64,000 nucleotides of DNA from an uncultured Gemmatimonadales bacterium (GTDB taxonomy: Bacteria > Gemmatimonadota > Gemmatimonadetes > Longimicrobiales > RSA9): positions 739,491-803,490 of the forward strand of contig CAWAMW010000016.1 in the NCBI GenBank assembly GCA_963783305.1, in the 5' to 3' direction. Positions 30,008-42,825 of the stretch are shown piece after piece (positions within the stretch are counted from its first letter, which is position 1; each line of letters starts with the position of its first letter). Both the position numbers and the translations under genes were made by a program. The notes beneath the pieces were generated by a model that did not search any database, was not told where the DNA came from, and was given only the letters and a program-made list of their open reading frames with translations.

Positions 30008-31717
30008 ATGACAATGATCGTGGTGGATCCGGTTACCCGGATCGAAGGCCACCTGCGGGTGGACGTGGAAGCCGAGGACGGGTTCGTTAAGAACGCGTGG
30101 TCGAGCGGACAGATGTGGCGCGGGATCGAGCTGATCCTGAAGGACCGCGACCCGCGGGACGCGTGGGTGTTCACGCAGCGGATCTGCGGCGTGTGCACCA
30201 CGGTGCACGCCATCGCGAGCGTCCGGGCGGTGGAGGACGCGCTGAAGCTGGAGGTGCCGGCCAACGCGCAGTATATCCGCAACCTGATCCTGATCAGCCA
30301 CGCGCTGCACGACCACATCGTGCACTTCTACCACCTCTCCGCGCTGGACTGGGTGGACGTGGTGAGCGCGCTGGACGCGGATCCGCGCAAGGCGGCGGCG
30401 CTGGGCGCGAGCCTGAGCGAGTGGCCGGGGAACAGCGTGCAGGCGCTGACGGAGGTGAAGCAGAAGCTCCAGAAGCTGGTGCAGAGCGGTCAGCTCGGGA
30501 TCTTCGCCAACGGCTACTGGGGCCACAGCGCCATGCGGCTCCCGCCCGAGGCGAACCTGCTGGCGGCGGCGCACTACCTCCAGGCGCTGGAGTACCAGCG
30601 GAAGGCCACGCAGGCCACGGCGATCCTGGGCGCCAAGACGCCCCATATCCAGAACCTGGCCGTGGGCGGCGTGGCGAACCCCATCAACCTGGACAACCAG
30701 TCGGCGCTGAACATGGAGAAGCTGTACCGCTGGCTGGACCTCATGCGGGACGTGAACCAGTTCATCCGCCAGGCCTACCTGCCGGACGTGGCGGCGGTCG
30801 CCGCCCACTACCCGGAGTGGCTCGGCTACGGGGCCGGCGTGACCAACTACATGGCCGTGCCGGACCTCCCGCTGGACGCCGGTGCCACGAAGTTCGACCT
30901 GCCGGGCGGGATGGTGTCCGCCAACGGTGGACCCACCGGACGGCTGGACCGATGGAACGACAGCCGCTGGTCGGAGGGCGTGACAGAGACCGCGGCGCGG
31001 GCGTGGTACGAGAAGTCGCAACCGCTCCACCCGCACGTGGGCGAGACGAACCCCGCGTACACCGGCTTCGACCGCGACGCCGATTACAGCTGGGTCAAGG
31101 CGCCGCGCTTCGAGGGCGTCCCCATGCAGGTGGGCCCGCTGGCCCAGACGCTGGTGGGGCTGGAGCAGGGCCACCCGCTGTTCGTGAAGTACGGGACGCA
31201 GATGCTGGAGACCGCGGGGGGGCTGGCGGGGATGAAGCTCGGACCGGAAGTGCTGCACTCGACGCTGGGCCGCCACGCGGCCCGCGCCATCCGGGCGGGC
31301 GTCCTCACGGACCTGGTGGAGAAGCACTGGACGCTGCTGGCCGACAATATCGGCTCCGGCGATACGGAGACGTTCCGCGAGTGGGAGTACCCGAAGCACG
31401 AGGTGCGCGGCTATGGGGTCCACGAGGCGCCGCGCGGCGTGCTCAGCCACTGGGTCGTGATCGAGGACGAGAAGATCAAGAACTACCAGGCCGTGGTGCC
31501 ATCGACCTGGAACGCGGGCCCGCGCGACGAGGAAGGGCAGCTCGGCCCGTACGAGGCCAGCCTGGTGGGGAACCCCGTGGCCGACCCGGAGCGCCCGCTG
31601 GAGGTGATTCGCACCGTCCACTCGTTCGATCCGTGCCTGGCCTGCGCGATCCATACGCTGGATCCGGAGGGGCGGGAGCTGAGCGAGGTGCAGGCGGTGG
31701 GGTACTGCGCGACGTGA
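30008..31717 (+). CDS. hybC: [NiFe]-hydrogenase large subunit, copy 2
   Basis: DPVTRIEGH, QRICGVCTTVH, SFDPCLACAIH. Confidence 0.95.
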   Translation: MTMIVVDPVTRIEGHLRVDVEAEDGFVKNAWSSGQMWRGIELILKDRDPRDAWVFTQRICGVCTTVHAIASVRAVEDALKLEVPANAQYIRNLILISHALHDHIVHFYHLSALDWVDVVSALDADPRKAAALGASLSEWPGNSVQALTEVKQKLQKLVQSGQLGIFANGYWGHSAMRLPPEANLLAAAHYLQALEYQRKATQATAILGAKTPHIQNLAVGGVANPINLDNQSALNMEKLYRWLDLMRDVNQFIRQAYLPDVAAVAAHYPEWLGYGAGVTNYMAVPDLPLDAGATKFDLPGGMVSANGGPTGRLDRWNDSRWSEGVTETAARAWYEKSQPLHPHVGETNPAYTGFDRDADYSWVKAPRFEGVPMQVGPLAQTLVGLEQGHPLFVKYGTQMLETAGGLAGMKLGPEVLHSTLGRHAARAIRAGVLTDLVEKHWTLLADNIGSGDTETFREWEYPKHEVRGYGVHEAPRGVLSHWVVIEDEKIKNYQAVVPSTWNAGPRDEEGQLGPYEASLVGNPVADPERPLEVIRTVHSFDPCLACAIHTLDPEGRELSEVQAVGYCAT

Positions 31718-31793
31718 CAGGTTACAGAACACAGATTACAGAACACAGATTACAGAACACAGATTACAGAATACAGATTACAGAACACAGAAC
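31717..31793. repeat. AT-rich tandem repeat, 14-nt unit ACAGATTACAGAAC (heptamer-based), about 5.5 copies
   Basis: Starts at the hybC2 stop codon. Confidence 0.93.
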
Positions 31794-32025
31794 AGCATTA
31801 GGTCGCGCTCCGTTCGGGAGGGCGGGAGTCTGTGCGACAGCGGGATCCCTTGTCGCGAAAGCGGACAGCGCGCGGGCTGGAACCGGGTGCGGGTGGACGC
31901 GGCAAGTTGTTTGAGGGCAGGGTGATGTGGCCGTGGCGCGGGAGCGGTGCGGAAGTTGACGATCTCGGCGGGTGGCCCATGCGGTAATCGAACGGTCGTC
32001 CAGGAGGGATCCCTTGGTCACGCTG

Positions 32026-34428
<2,403 letters not shown>

Positions 34429-34543
34429 GGGTCCGGTCCGTGTCGGTGGGAGGACTCACCACCGGAAGTGTTGGGAGAATCAGGACGCAGATCGCGGAGC
34501 GTTCCCCCTGCTACCGGGCGGGGTGGGCGTAGTACGTTTCCCC

Positions 34544-34891
34544 ATGCACGAGATGCCGGCGACGCAGGGTATGCTGGACCTGGCCCTGGAGCACATGCGG
34601 AAGGCGGGCGGCCGCCGGATCACCGCCATCGACGTGGTGGTGGGGGAGCTGACGAGCATTGTGGACGATTCGGTCCAGTTCTACTTCGATGTCATGAGCC
34701 GGGACACGGCCGCATCGGGAGCGGAGCTGCGGTTCCGGCGTGAGGCGGCGGAAGGGCGGTGTGGGGAGTGCGGGCACGCGTGGGACGTGAAGCCGCCGCT
34801 GGACCGGATGTGCCCCGAGTGCGGGTCGCTTGCGCTGCGGGTGACGGGCGGTCGTGAATTCTTCGTGGAAAGCATAGAGGTGGACGAATGA
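34544..34891 (+). CDS. hypA: Hydrogenase nickel metallochaperone
   Basis: MHE start, two CxxC motifs, GREFFVESIEV. Confidence 0.93.
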   Translation: MHEMPATQGMLDLALEHMRKAGGRRITAIDVVVGELTSIVDDSVQFYFDVMSRDTAASGAELRFRREAAEGRCGECGHAWDVKPPLDRMCPECGSLALRVTGGREFFVESIEVDE

Positions 34892-35568
34892 AGGTTCCCG
34901 TGGTGAAGGAGATCCTGAAGGCGAACGACCAGGTGGCGGGGGAGAACCGGGTGCTGTTCGACGCGCAGGGCATCCGCGTGATCAACGTCATGGCCTCGCC
35001 GGGTGCGGGGAAGACGTCCACGATCCTGGCCACGCTGGACCGCCTGCCTGCGGAGCTGTCGCCGGGGGTGATCGAAGGGGACATCGCGAGCAGTATCGAC
35101 GCGGACAAGATCGCGGAGCGTGGCGTGCCGGTGGTGCAGATCAACACGGGTGGCAACTGTCACCTGGACGCGCCCATGGTGCGGACGGCGCTGGCGCACC
35201 TGGAGCTGGACGCCATCGACGTGCTGTTCATCGAGAACGTCGGCAACCTGATCTGCCCGGCCAACTACCGGCTGGGGTCGGACCTGAACCTGGTGATCGG
35301 GAGCGTGCCGGAGGGGCACGACAAGCCGTTCAAGTACCCGGGGATCTTCACGGGCGCCGATGTCATCGTGCTGAACAAGGACGACATGACGGAGGCGTTC
35401 GAGTTCGACCACGCGGAGTACGAGCGAGGGATCCGGATGGTGAACCCGGACGTGCCGATCTTCCGGCTCTCGTGCAAGACCGGCCAGGGCGTGGACGAGT
35501 GGGTGGGCTGGCTGGTGGAGCGACTCGCGTCCCTCGGCCGACCCACGCCGGCCGTTCCGGCCCGCTGA
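34888..35568 (+). CDS. hypB: Hydrogenase nickel incorporation GTPase
   Basis: SPGAGKT, CHLDA, ENVGNLICP, DKPFKYP, NKxD. Confidence 0.96.
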   Translation: MKVPVVKEILKANDQVAGENRVLFDAQGIRVINVMASPGAGKTSTILATLDRLPAELSPGVIEGDIASSIDADKIAERGVPVVQINTGGNCHLDAPMVRTALAHLELDAIDVLFIENVGNLICPANYRLGSDLNLVIGSVPEGHDKPFKYPGIFTGADVIVLNKDDMTEAFEFDHAEYERGIRMVNPDVPIFRLSCKTGQGVDEWVGWLVERLASLGRPTPAVPAR

Positions 35569-35579
35569 TCGCCGACGGC

Positions 35580-38009
35580 ATGAGCGCCACCGCCCCCCCG
35601 GTCCGGCGTCGGCTCCGCCTCCGCGTGACGGGTGCGGTGCAGGGGGTGGGAATGCGCCCGTTCCTCTACCGCACCGCGTCCGAGCTGGGGCTCGCCGGGT
35701 GGATCCGGAACGACACGCGGGGCGTGATCCTGGAGATGGAGGGCGCCGAGGCGTCGCTCCGCACGCTCGAGGACCGGCTTCGACGCACGCCGCCGCCCCG
35801 GGCGGTGATCCAGGAGCTGGCCTCCGAATGGCTGGCCCCCGCGGGCGAGCTGGAGCTCGTGATCCTGCCGAGCGACGCCGCCGGGGAGAAGCGGGCGGTC
35901 GTACTTCCGGACCTGGCCACGTGCCCGGCGTGCCTGGAGGACATCGGGGTCCGGGCGGTTCGCGCGGCCGCGCCGGGGCGCGCGGACGAGGCCGCCGCCC
36001 CCGACCGCCGCGCTGGCTACGCGTTCACCAACTGCACCGATTGCGGTCCCCGGTTCAGCATCATCCGGGCGCTGCCCTACGACCGGCCCAATACGACAAT
36101 GGCGGGGTTCACACTCTGCCCCGAGTGCCGCGCGGAGTACGAGAACCCGCTGGACCGACGCTTCCACGCACAGCCCACGGCGTGCCCGTCGTGCGGCCCG
36201 CACTTGCGCTTCGAGGACGGCGCGACGGCCGGGGCGGTGACGGCGGCGCCGGAGGGCGATTCCGTGTCCGACGCGGCGGCGATCCGGGCGGCCGCGGCGG
36301 CGATCCGGGCGGGGCGGGTGGTGGCGGTGAAGGGGCTGGGCGGGTTCCACCTGGTGGTGGACGCCGGCAACGAGGCGGCGGTGGCGCGGCTGCGGGAGCG
36401 GAAGCACCGGCCCACGAAGCCGCTGGCGGTGATGGCCCGGGACCTGGCGATGGCCCGGTCGTTCGCGGAGATCGGGGAGGAGTCGGCGGCGCTGCTGTCA
36501 TCGCCGGAAGCGCCCATCGTGCTGCTGCCGAAGCGGGAGACGCCGCCGGAACCGGGCGCGGCCTCGCCGGTGGAAGCCGCCCCGCTGGCCCCGGGCGTGG
36601 CGCCGGGGAACCCGTACGTGGGCGTCATGCTGCCGTACACGCCGCTCCACCACCTGCTCCTGCGCGAGCTGGACGGCCCGGTGGTGGCGACGAGCGGGAA
36701 CGTGAGCGATGAGCCCATCTGCACCGACGACGCGGAGGCGGCCGACCGGCTCGGCGGGATCGCCGACGCCTTCCTCTTTCACGACCGTCCCATCGAGCGG
36801 CCGGTGGACGACAGCGTGATCCAGTGGATCGCGGGCGCGCCGCGGCCGGTGCGCAGGGCGCGGGGCTACGCCCCGCTGCCGGTGACCGTGCCGGCGGAGC
36901 TGCCGCCGATCCTGGCGGTGGGCGGGCACCTCAAGAACACCATCGCGCTGGCCCGGGGCACCGACGTGTTCCTGAGCCAGCACATCGGTGACCTGGAGAC
37001 GCCGCAGGCGCGGGACGCGTTCGAGCGGGTGATCGCCGATTTCCTGGAGCTCTATGAGATCGAGCCCGGCGTCATCGCGCACGATCAGCATCCGGGCTAC
37101 GCGTCCACCGCCTGGGCGGTGGCCGCCGCGGACCGCGCGGACGGGCGGCGGCTGGTGGGCGTGCAGCACCACCACGCGCACCTGGCTTCGTGTCTGGCGG
37201 ACAACCAGGTGGACGGCCCGGCACTGGGCGTCATCTGGGATGGCACCGGGCTCGGCCCGGACGGCGAGATATGGGGGGGCGAGTTCCTGCTGGGCGATGC
37301 CGCCGGTTACCAGCGGGTGGCGCACCTGCGGCCCTTCCGGCTTCCGGGCGGCGAGGCGGCCGTGAAGGAGCCGCGGCGGATGGCGCTGGCGCTGGCGCAC
37401 GCGGCGTGGGGCGAGGTGGGTGTCCGGGGTGCCATGGAAGCGTCGCAGGACCCCGGCGATGGCGAGCCGTGGGACCGCGGCGAGCTGCGGGTGCTGCTCC
37501 GGATGCTGGAGACCGGGCTCCGATCCCCGTGGACCACGAGCGCCGGGCGGCTCTTCGACGGTGTGTCCGCGCTGCTGGGGATCCGGCAGCGCGCAGGCTA
37601 CGAGGGCGAGGCGGCGATGGCGCTGGAGTACGCGGTGGACCGGGCGGAACCCGGGTCGTATGGCCTCGAGGTCCTGAGCGGGGACGGGCCCATGGTGGTG
37701 GACTGGACGCCGGCGCTGGAGTCGCTGCTGGAGGACCGTCGGACGGGCGCGCCCGTGGGGGTCATGGCGGCGCGGTTCCACAACGGGCTGGCGGCGGTCA
37801 TCGCGGACGTGGCGGAGCGGGTGGGTGTGGAGCGGGTGGCGCTGAGCGGTGGGTGCTTCCAGAACACGGTGCTGGCGGAGGAGACGGCGCGGGCGCTGGA
37901 GCGGCGCGGGTTAAAGCCACTGCTGCACCGGCGGGTGCCGGCGAACGATGGTGGGCTGGCGCTGGGTCAGGTGGCCGTCGCGGCGGCCGTGATGGCGGCA
38001 GCGGTCTAA
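35580..38009 (+). CDS. hypF: Carbamoyltransferase
   Basis: GAVQGVGMRP, zinc fingers, KGLGGFHL, QHHHAH, DGTG, NDGGLALGQ. Confidence 0.96.
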   Translation: MSATAPPVRRRLRLRVTGAVQGVGMRPFLYRTASELGLAGWIRNDTRGVILEMEGAEASLRTLEDRLRRTPPPRAVIQELASEWLAPAGELELVILPSDAAGEKRAVVLPDLATCPACLEDIGVRAVRAAAPGRADEAAAPDRRAGYAFTNCTDCGPRFSIIRALPYDRPNTTMAGFTLCPECRAEYENPLDRRFHAQPTACPSCGPHLRFEDGATAGAVTAAPEGDSVSDAAAIRAAAAAIRAGRVVAVKGLGGFHLVVDAGNEAAVARLRERKHRPTKPLAVMARDLAMARSFAEIGEESAALLSSPEAPIVLLPKRETPPEPGAASPVEAAPLAPGVAPGNPYVGVMLPYTPLHHLLLRELDGPVVATSGNVSDEPICTDDAEAADRLGGIADAFLFHDRPIERPVDDSVIQWIAGAPRPVRRARGYAPLPVTVPAELPPILAVGGHLKNTIALARGTDVFLSQHIGDLETPQARDAFERVIADFLELYEIEPGVIAHDQHPGYASTAWAVAAADRADGRRLVGVQHHHAHLASCLADNQVDGPALGVIWDGTGLGPDGEIWGGEFLLGDAAGYQRVAHLRPFRLPGGEAAVKEPRRMALALAHAAWGEVGVRGAMEASQDPGDGEPWDRGELRVLLRMLETGLRSPWTTSAGRLFDGVSALLGIRQRAGYEGEAAMALEYAVDRAEPGSYGLEVLSGDGPMVVDWTPALESLLEDRRTGAPVGVMAARFHNGLAAVIADVAERVGVERVALSGGCFQNTVLAEETARALERRGLKPLLHRRVPANDGGLALGQVAVAAAVMAAAV

Positions 38010-38025
38010 CGGAGAGGGGGGCGGT

Positions 38026-38283
38026 ATGTGTCTCGGAGTGCCGGGCAAGGTGGTGAGCAAGACGGAGAACCCGCTGGGGATGACCATGGGCAAGGTCAGC
38101 TTCAGCGGGATCACCAAGGAGTGCTGCATGGCGTACGTGCCGGAGGTGGAGGTGGGCGACTACGTGGTGGTACACGTGGGCTTCGCCATCGCCATCATCG
38201 ACGAGGCCGAGGCCCGGCGCACCCTCGAGTTCCTGGCGGAGATGGACGACCTGGGCGAGCTCGACATCGAGCAGCCGGCGTAG
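38026..38283 (+). CDS. hypC: Hydrogenase maturation chaperone
   Basis: [15 protein letters not shown]. Confidence 0.96.
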   Translation: MCLGVPGKVVSKTENPLGMTMGKVSFSGITKECCMAYVPEVEVGDYVVVHVGFAIAIIDEAEARRTLEFLAEMDDLGELDIEQPA

Positions 38284-38293
38284 GGGGTCGGCC

Positions 38294-39406
38294 ATGAAAT
38301 ACATCGACGAGTACCGCAATGAGGGCGACGCGAAGAAGCTGCTGTCGGCGATCCGCGCGCGCGTGACGCGCCCGTGGACGCTCATGGAGATCTGCGGCGG
38401 CCAGACGCACACGTTCGTGAAGTTCGGCATCGACCGGATGCTCCCCGACGAGGTCTCGCTGGTGCACGGCCCCGGCTGCCCGGTCTGTGTCACGCCGCTG
38501 GAGATGATCGACAAGGCGAACATCATCGCGCGCCGGCCGGAGGTCATCTTCACGTCGTTCGGCGACATGCTCCGCGTGCCCGGCAGCCACGGCGACCTCC
38601 TGTCGGCCAAGGCCGAGGGCGCGGACGTGCGCATCGTGTACTCGCCGCTGGACGCGGTGAAGCTGGCGGCGAAGAACCCCGACCGGGAGGTCGTCTTCTT
38701 CGCCGTGGGGTTCGAGACGACGGCGCCCGCCAACGCCGCCGCCGTATGGCAGGCCCACCAGCAGGGGATCGAGAACTTCTCCGTGCTCGTCTCCCACGTG
38801 CTCGTGCCGCCCGCCATGGAGGCCATCCTCTCCTCCGAGCAGAACCGGGTGCAGGCGTTCCTGGCCGCCGGTCACGTGTGCGCCATCATGGGCTTCACCG
38901 AGTACGAGCCGCTGGCGGAGAAGTACCAGGTGCCCATGGTCATCACCGGCTTCGAGCCCACCGACCTGCTCCAGGGCACGCTCATGGCCGTGGAGATGCT
39001 CGAGGAGGGCCGCGTGGGCGTGGAAAACCAGTACGTCCGCGCGGTGAACCGGGCGGGGAACGTCCCGGCGCAGGCGCTGGTGATGAAGGTGTTCGGCGTG
39101 TCCGACCGGAAGTGGCGGGGGATCGGCGAGATCCCCCGGAGCGGGCTGGTGCTGAACCCCGAGTACCGTGCCCACGACGCGGAGCTGAAGTTCGGCGTGG
39201 CAGCGATCTCGGCGGAGGAGTCGTCGGAGTGCATCGCCGGTGTGATCCTCCAGGGTCTCAAGAAGCCCAACGAGTGCCCGGCGTTCGGGACCAGGTGCAC
39301 GCCCGAGGCCCCGCTGGGCGCGCCCATGGTGAGCTCGGAGGGCGCGTGCGCCGCCTACTACCACTACGGGAGGGTTGATGAGCCGGTCGAGATTGAAGCC
39401 CGCTGA
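38294..39406 (+). CDS. hypD: Hydrogenase formation protein
   Basis: [32 protein letters not shown]. Confidence 0.97.
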   Translation: MKYIDEYRNEGDAKKLLSAIRARVTRPWTLMEICGGQTHTFVKFGIDRMLPDEVSLVHGPGCPVCVTPLEMIDKANIIARRPEVIFTSFGDMLRVPGSHGDLLSAKAEGADVRIVYSPLDAVKLAAKNPDREVVFFAVGFETTAPANAAAVWQAHQQGIENFSVLVSHVLVPPAMEAILSSEQNRVQAFLAAGHVCAIMGFTEYEPLAEKYQVPMVITGFEPTDLLQGTLMAVEMLEEGRVGVENQYVRAVNRAGNVPAQALVMKVFGVSDRKWRGIGEIPRSGLVLNPEYRAHDAELKFGVAAISAEESSECIAGVILQGLKKPNECPAFGTRCTPEAPLGAPMVSSEGACAAYYHYGRVDEPVEIEAR

Positions 39407-40523
39407 GGCCCGGGAAGCGGCCGAGGTGGTGCAGGGCGTGGCCGGCGGTGAGGACAGCGCCACGGCCCGCGCGCCGGACCCGGCGGGGCTCGTCTGCCCC
39501 ATGCCCATCGACCGTTACCCGACCATCGTGCTGGCTCACGGCGGCGGCGGGAAGTTCAGTCGGATGCTCACGGAGCAGGTGTTCCAGGCGGCGTTCGGGG
39601 CTGAATCGCTAGGGCAGCTCCACGACGGCGCGGTGCTGGACGTGGGCGGCGAGCGGCTGGCGTTCTCCACCGACACGTTCGTCATCGACCCGCCCTTCTT
39701 CCCGGGCGGCAACATCGGGTCGCTGGCGGTGCACGGCACGGTGAACGACCTGGCCATGTGCGGCGCGCGGCCGCTGGCGCTCTCCACGGGGTTCATCCTG
39801 GAGGAGGGGTTCGCCATGGAGAGCCTCTGGACCATCGCCACGTCCATGCAGGCGGCCGCCGCGGAGTCCGGCGTGCGGATCGTCACGGGCGACACGAAGG
39901 TGGTGGACCGCGGCAAGGGCGATGGCGTGTTCATCAACACCACGGGCATCGGGATCATCCCCGAGGGGATCGAGATCGCGCCGAGCCGCGCCCGACCTGG
40001 CGACGCGGTTCTGGTGAGCGGGTCGATCGCCACCCACGGGATCGCCATCATGAGCGTGCGCGAGGGGCTGGAGTTCGAGACGGCGCTGGAGTCGGACTCG
40101 GCGTCGCTGGTGAGCATGGTCCACGCGCTCCTCGACGCCCTCGGCCGCGACGTTCACGTGCTCCGCGACCCCACGCGCGGCGGCGTGGCCAGCGCGGTGA
40201 ACGAGATCGCCGACACCGCCGGTATGGGCGTTCTGCTGGACGAGACCGCCATCCCGGTGGAGGACCAGGTCCGGGGGGCGTGCGAGATCCTGGGGCTCGA
40301 CCCGCTCTACGTCGCCAACGAGGGGAAGCTGGTGGCGTTCGTGGCCGCGGACCGTGCGGACGAGGCGCTGGCGGTGCTGCGGGCGCACCCGTTAGGGGGC
40401 GACGCGGCGCGGATCGGGACGGTGACGGAGGAGCACCCGGGGAAGGTGTTTCAGCGGAGCCGGATCGGGGGGCTGCGGGTGGTCGAGATGATCTCCGGGG
40501 AGCAGTTGCCGCGGATCTGCTAG
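39375..40523 (+). CDS. hypE: Carbamoyl dehydratase
   Basis: [22 protein letters not shown]-terminal LPRIC; start uncertain. Confidence 0.96.
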   Translation: MMSRSRLKPAEAREAAEVVQGVAGGEDSATARAPDPAGLVCPMPIDRYPTIVLAHGGGGKFSRMLTEQVFQAAFGAESLGQLHDGAVLDVGGERLAFSTDTFVIDPPFFPGGNIGSLAVHGTVNDLAMCGARPLALSTGFILEEGFAMESLWTIATSMQAAAAESGVRIVTGDTKVVDRGKGDGVFINTTGIGIIPEGIEIAPSRARPGDAVLVSGSIATHGIAIMSVREGLEFETALESDSASLVSMVHALLDALGRDVHVLRDPTRGGVASAVNEIADTAGMGVLLDETAIPVEDQVRGACEILGLDPLYVANEGKLVAFVAADRADEALAVLRAHPLGGDAARIGTVTEEHPGKVFQRSRIGGLRVVEMISGEQLPRIC

Positions 40524-40536
40524 GGGCAGCAGCCGG

Positions 40537-40598
40537 GAGGCAGGAGTAAGAGGCAGGAGTAAGAGGCAGGAGTAAGAGGCAGGAGTAAGAGGCAGGAG
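40537..40598. repeat. Tandem repeat, 13-nt unit GAGGCAGGAGTAA, about 4.8 copies
   Basis: Direct reading, just after the hypE stop. Confidence 0.93.
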
Positions 40599-40679
40599 GC
40601 GCGACTTTCATTTCGGCGCCCTTGCCGGACAGGGGAAGGTAGGGCAGGCTCCGTTCCCGCGGCTCTTCGAGGCGAACTG

Positions 40680-41186
40680 ATGGCTGAACATCCGGTACTC
40701 GACCTGCGCGGTGGCCCTCCCCCCGGGGCCGCCATCGTGAACGACCCCGTCATGGGGGGGCGGTCGACCAGCGAGCTGACGGCCGGGGACGGGTGCGCGG
40801 TCTTCACCGGCCACCTCTCGCTGGAGAACAACGGCGGGTTCGCGTCCGTCCGCCTCCCCACGGACGCTGGCGCCCTCGCCGGGGCGACCACCGTCCGGGC
40901 CCGCGTGCGCGGCGATGGCCGCCGCTACGAGCTCCGGCTGCGACCCGGGAAGGAGTTCAGCGAGGTGGCGTACGGCGCCGCCTTCCACGCCCCCGCCGGC
41001 GAATGGACGACGGTCGAGCTCCCCCTCGCGGCGTTCGAGCCCAGCTGGCGCGGTCGCCGCCCCCCCGACGCCGCGCCGCTGGACCCGGCCCGTGTCGGAA
41101 TGGTGGCGTTCATGATCAAGGACGGCCTCGGGGGTGCGTTCCGACTCGAGATTGCGTGGGTGGACGCGGTGCGGGACGGGGAGTGA
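40680..41186 (+). CDS. CIA30 family protein
   Basis: VNDPVMGGRS, SLENNGGFASVR, RGDGRRY. Confidence 0.9.
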   Translation: MAEHPVLDLRGGPPPGAAIVNDPVMGGRSTSELTAGDGCAVFTGHLSLENNGGFASVRLPTDAGALAGATTVRARVRGDGRRYELRLRPGKEFSEVAYGAAFHAPAGEWTTVELPLAAFEPSWRGRRPPDAAPLDPARVGMVAFMIKDGLGGAFRLEIAWVDAVRDGE

Positions 41187-41575
41187 CGCGGGACAGATGG
41201 CTGTGAGGTGTCAGGCGTCAGGCGACACGGGGTGATGCTCCGGCCGCCGCCTCTCTTGCCGAACCGGCGAGGGCGTGGCAAGGTAGGGCGGGCTCCGTTC
41301 CCGCGGCGCCACGTTGATCAACCCCCTTCACGTGCCGCAGCGGAGGCCGGCCGTAGTGTACTTGTCGAGCTCACCACCCTGAATCAGAGCCGCCGCACGA
41401 TGAGGCGAATCCCTTTCCGGATAACCGAGTCCACCGCCCGGTTGAGTGAACCAGGATCGTGGGAGCTTCTCCGAAAGGCCGGTAACCGGACCGAAAGCGG
41501 TAATCGAGGCGGGAACACAAACGTTATCGGAAACGCGCCTTGAGCGAGACAATCACCAATCGGGCCGACGACACG

Positions 41576-41995
41576 TCAAGGTTTCTGGAGCCGGAAGTTG
41601 AGGGTCCCGTTGGCTTTCGAGAGTGTGACGGTCACAGTCCAGTTCCCCGCCGTACCGGGTCCTGTCTGGAAGGTGCCGTTGCTTGCGAGGCTCCGCGAGT
41701 ACACTTCCGTACCGGCGGAATCAGTGATGCGGAGATCCGCCGATCCACTGACCAGACTCGATGCTTGGTTGACGCTCGCGGTGGTGCCACTGTTCACCCA
41801 GGTGTAGGTGAATGTTTGCGTGACAGCGGACAGCGCCGATACTTGCCACTGAAATGTGTCAGGAATGTTGCTGACTTCCAGTTGATTCTCAGGCCCGACC
41901 ACGTTCCCGTCGGCGGTGCACCCTCCGACTCCGACGAAGAGTGCCAGGCCCAGCAAGAGGTATCGCATCGCCGGTGCCACTCGGACGTTCTTCAT
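41576..41995 (-). CDS. Hypothetical lipoprotein
   Basis: Signal peptide ending VGGC; lower-GC ORF. Confidence 0.7.
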   Translation of the reverse strand: MKNVRVAPAMRYLLLGLALFVGVGGCTADGNVVGPENQLEVSNIPDTFQWQVSALSAVTQTFTYTWVNSGTTASVNQASSLVSGSADLRITDSAGTEVYSRSLASNGTFQTGPGTAGNWTVTVTLSKANGTLNFRLQKP

Positions 41996-42264
41996 CGGGG
42001 ATCCCTTAGCTGTGGGAGTCTGAGGGCCCCGGACGCGCGGGCCAAACCTGGAAAAATCGCAAGAACGGTACCGCGGCACTTCCAAGAGCATTCGCCGCTG
42101 ACAGAGTCAGGCTGTCATGAAAGACTTCGGTGGCGGGGCGGAGGCATGGAGAGCTTGGATTGAGAGCATATGCCTCGTATTGACCCTGGGTCTGGCTGGC
42201 GAGTTCAAGAGGGCATTTCGAACGACGAGTTCGGAGTGCCGGCCCTAAGCCAGGAGATTGTCGA

Positions 42265-42672
42265 TTCTTCCTTCATCGGAACGCTCCCTATCAGGAGATC
42301 GACATCGAATGTTTGGGCGACGACCCCTCGAGAATGCTCCTAAATGTTTTCTATAACCCAGGATCGGTGGGCACAAAGCTCGAGTACGGGTATCGCGGCA
42401 CTCCGGTGGTCGTCGACCTCGGGTTCGACTCCACCGCAGGCTTCCACGAGTACGAAATTGAGTGGGCTCCGAGCAGACTAACTTGGAAAGTTGACGGATG
42501 CGTGGTCCATTCCCGTGACGTTTGGGCTCCGAGTCCCATTCCCCACCTTCCCCTCGGGCTGAACCTGAACGTATGGCACAGCCGGTCGCGCGCCTTGGCC
42601 GGGCCGCTTGACGTGAATGATCTGCCCGCCTGCGCTCAGGTTCGGGAGATACGCGTCTTGGGCTACCCATAA
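42265..42672 (+). pseudogene. 5'-truncated glycoside hydrolase family 16-like fragment
   Basis: In frame upstream of the listed TTG: FFLHRNAPYQEIDIECLG (ExDxE motif), then FHEYEIEW..WKVDG..LNLNVW; stop at 42181 and no start before the motif. Confidence 0.7.
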
Positions 42673-42825
42673 GGCGTCGCCCGTCCTGATCAGTACCCCG
42701 TCGGCCTTCACACCTTGCCACGCTACAGGCCGGGCCGCACTCTGGATCTGTTGCCGATGCCGCGGCGCGCTCTGTGACTGGAACGGAACCGTGCGCTATC
42801 AAGCCATCACAAGCCCCGAAAGCCC

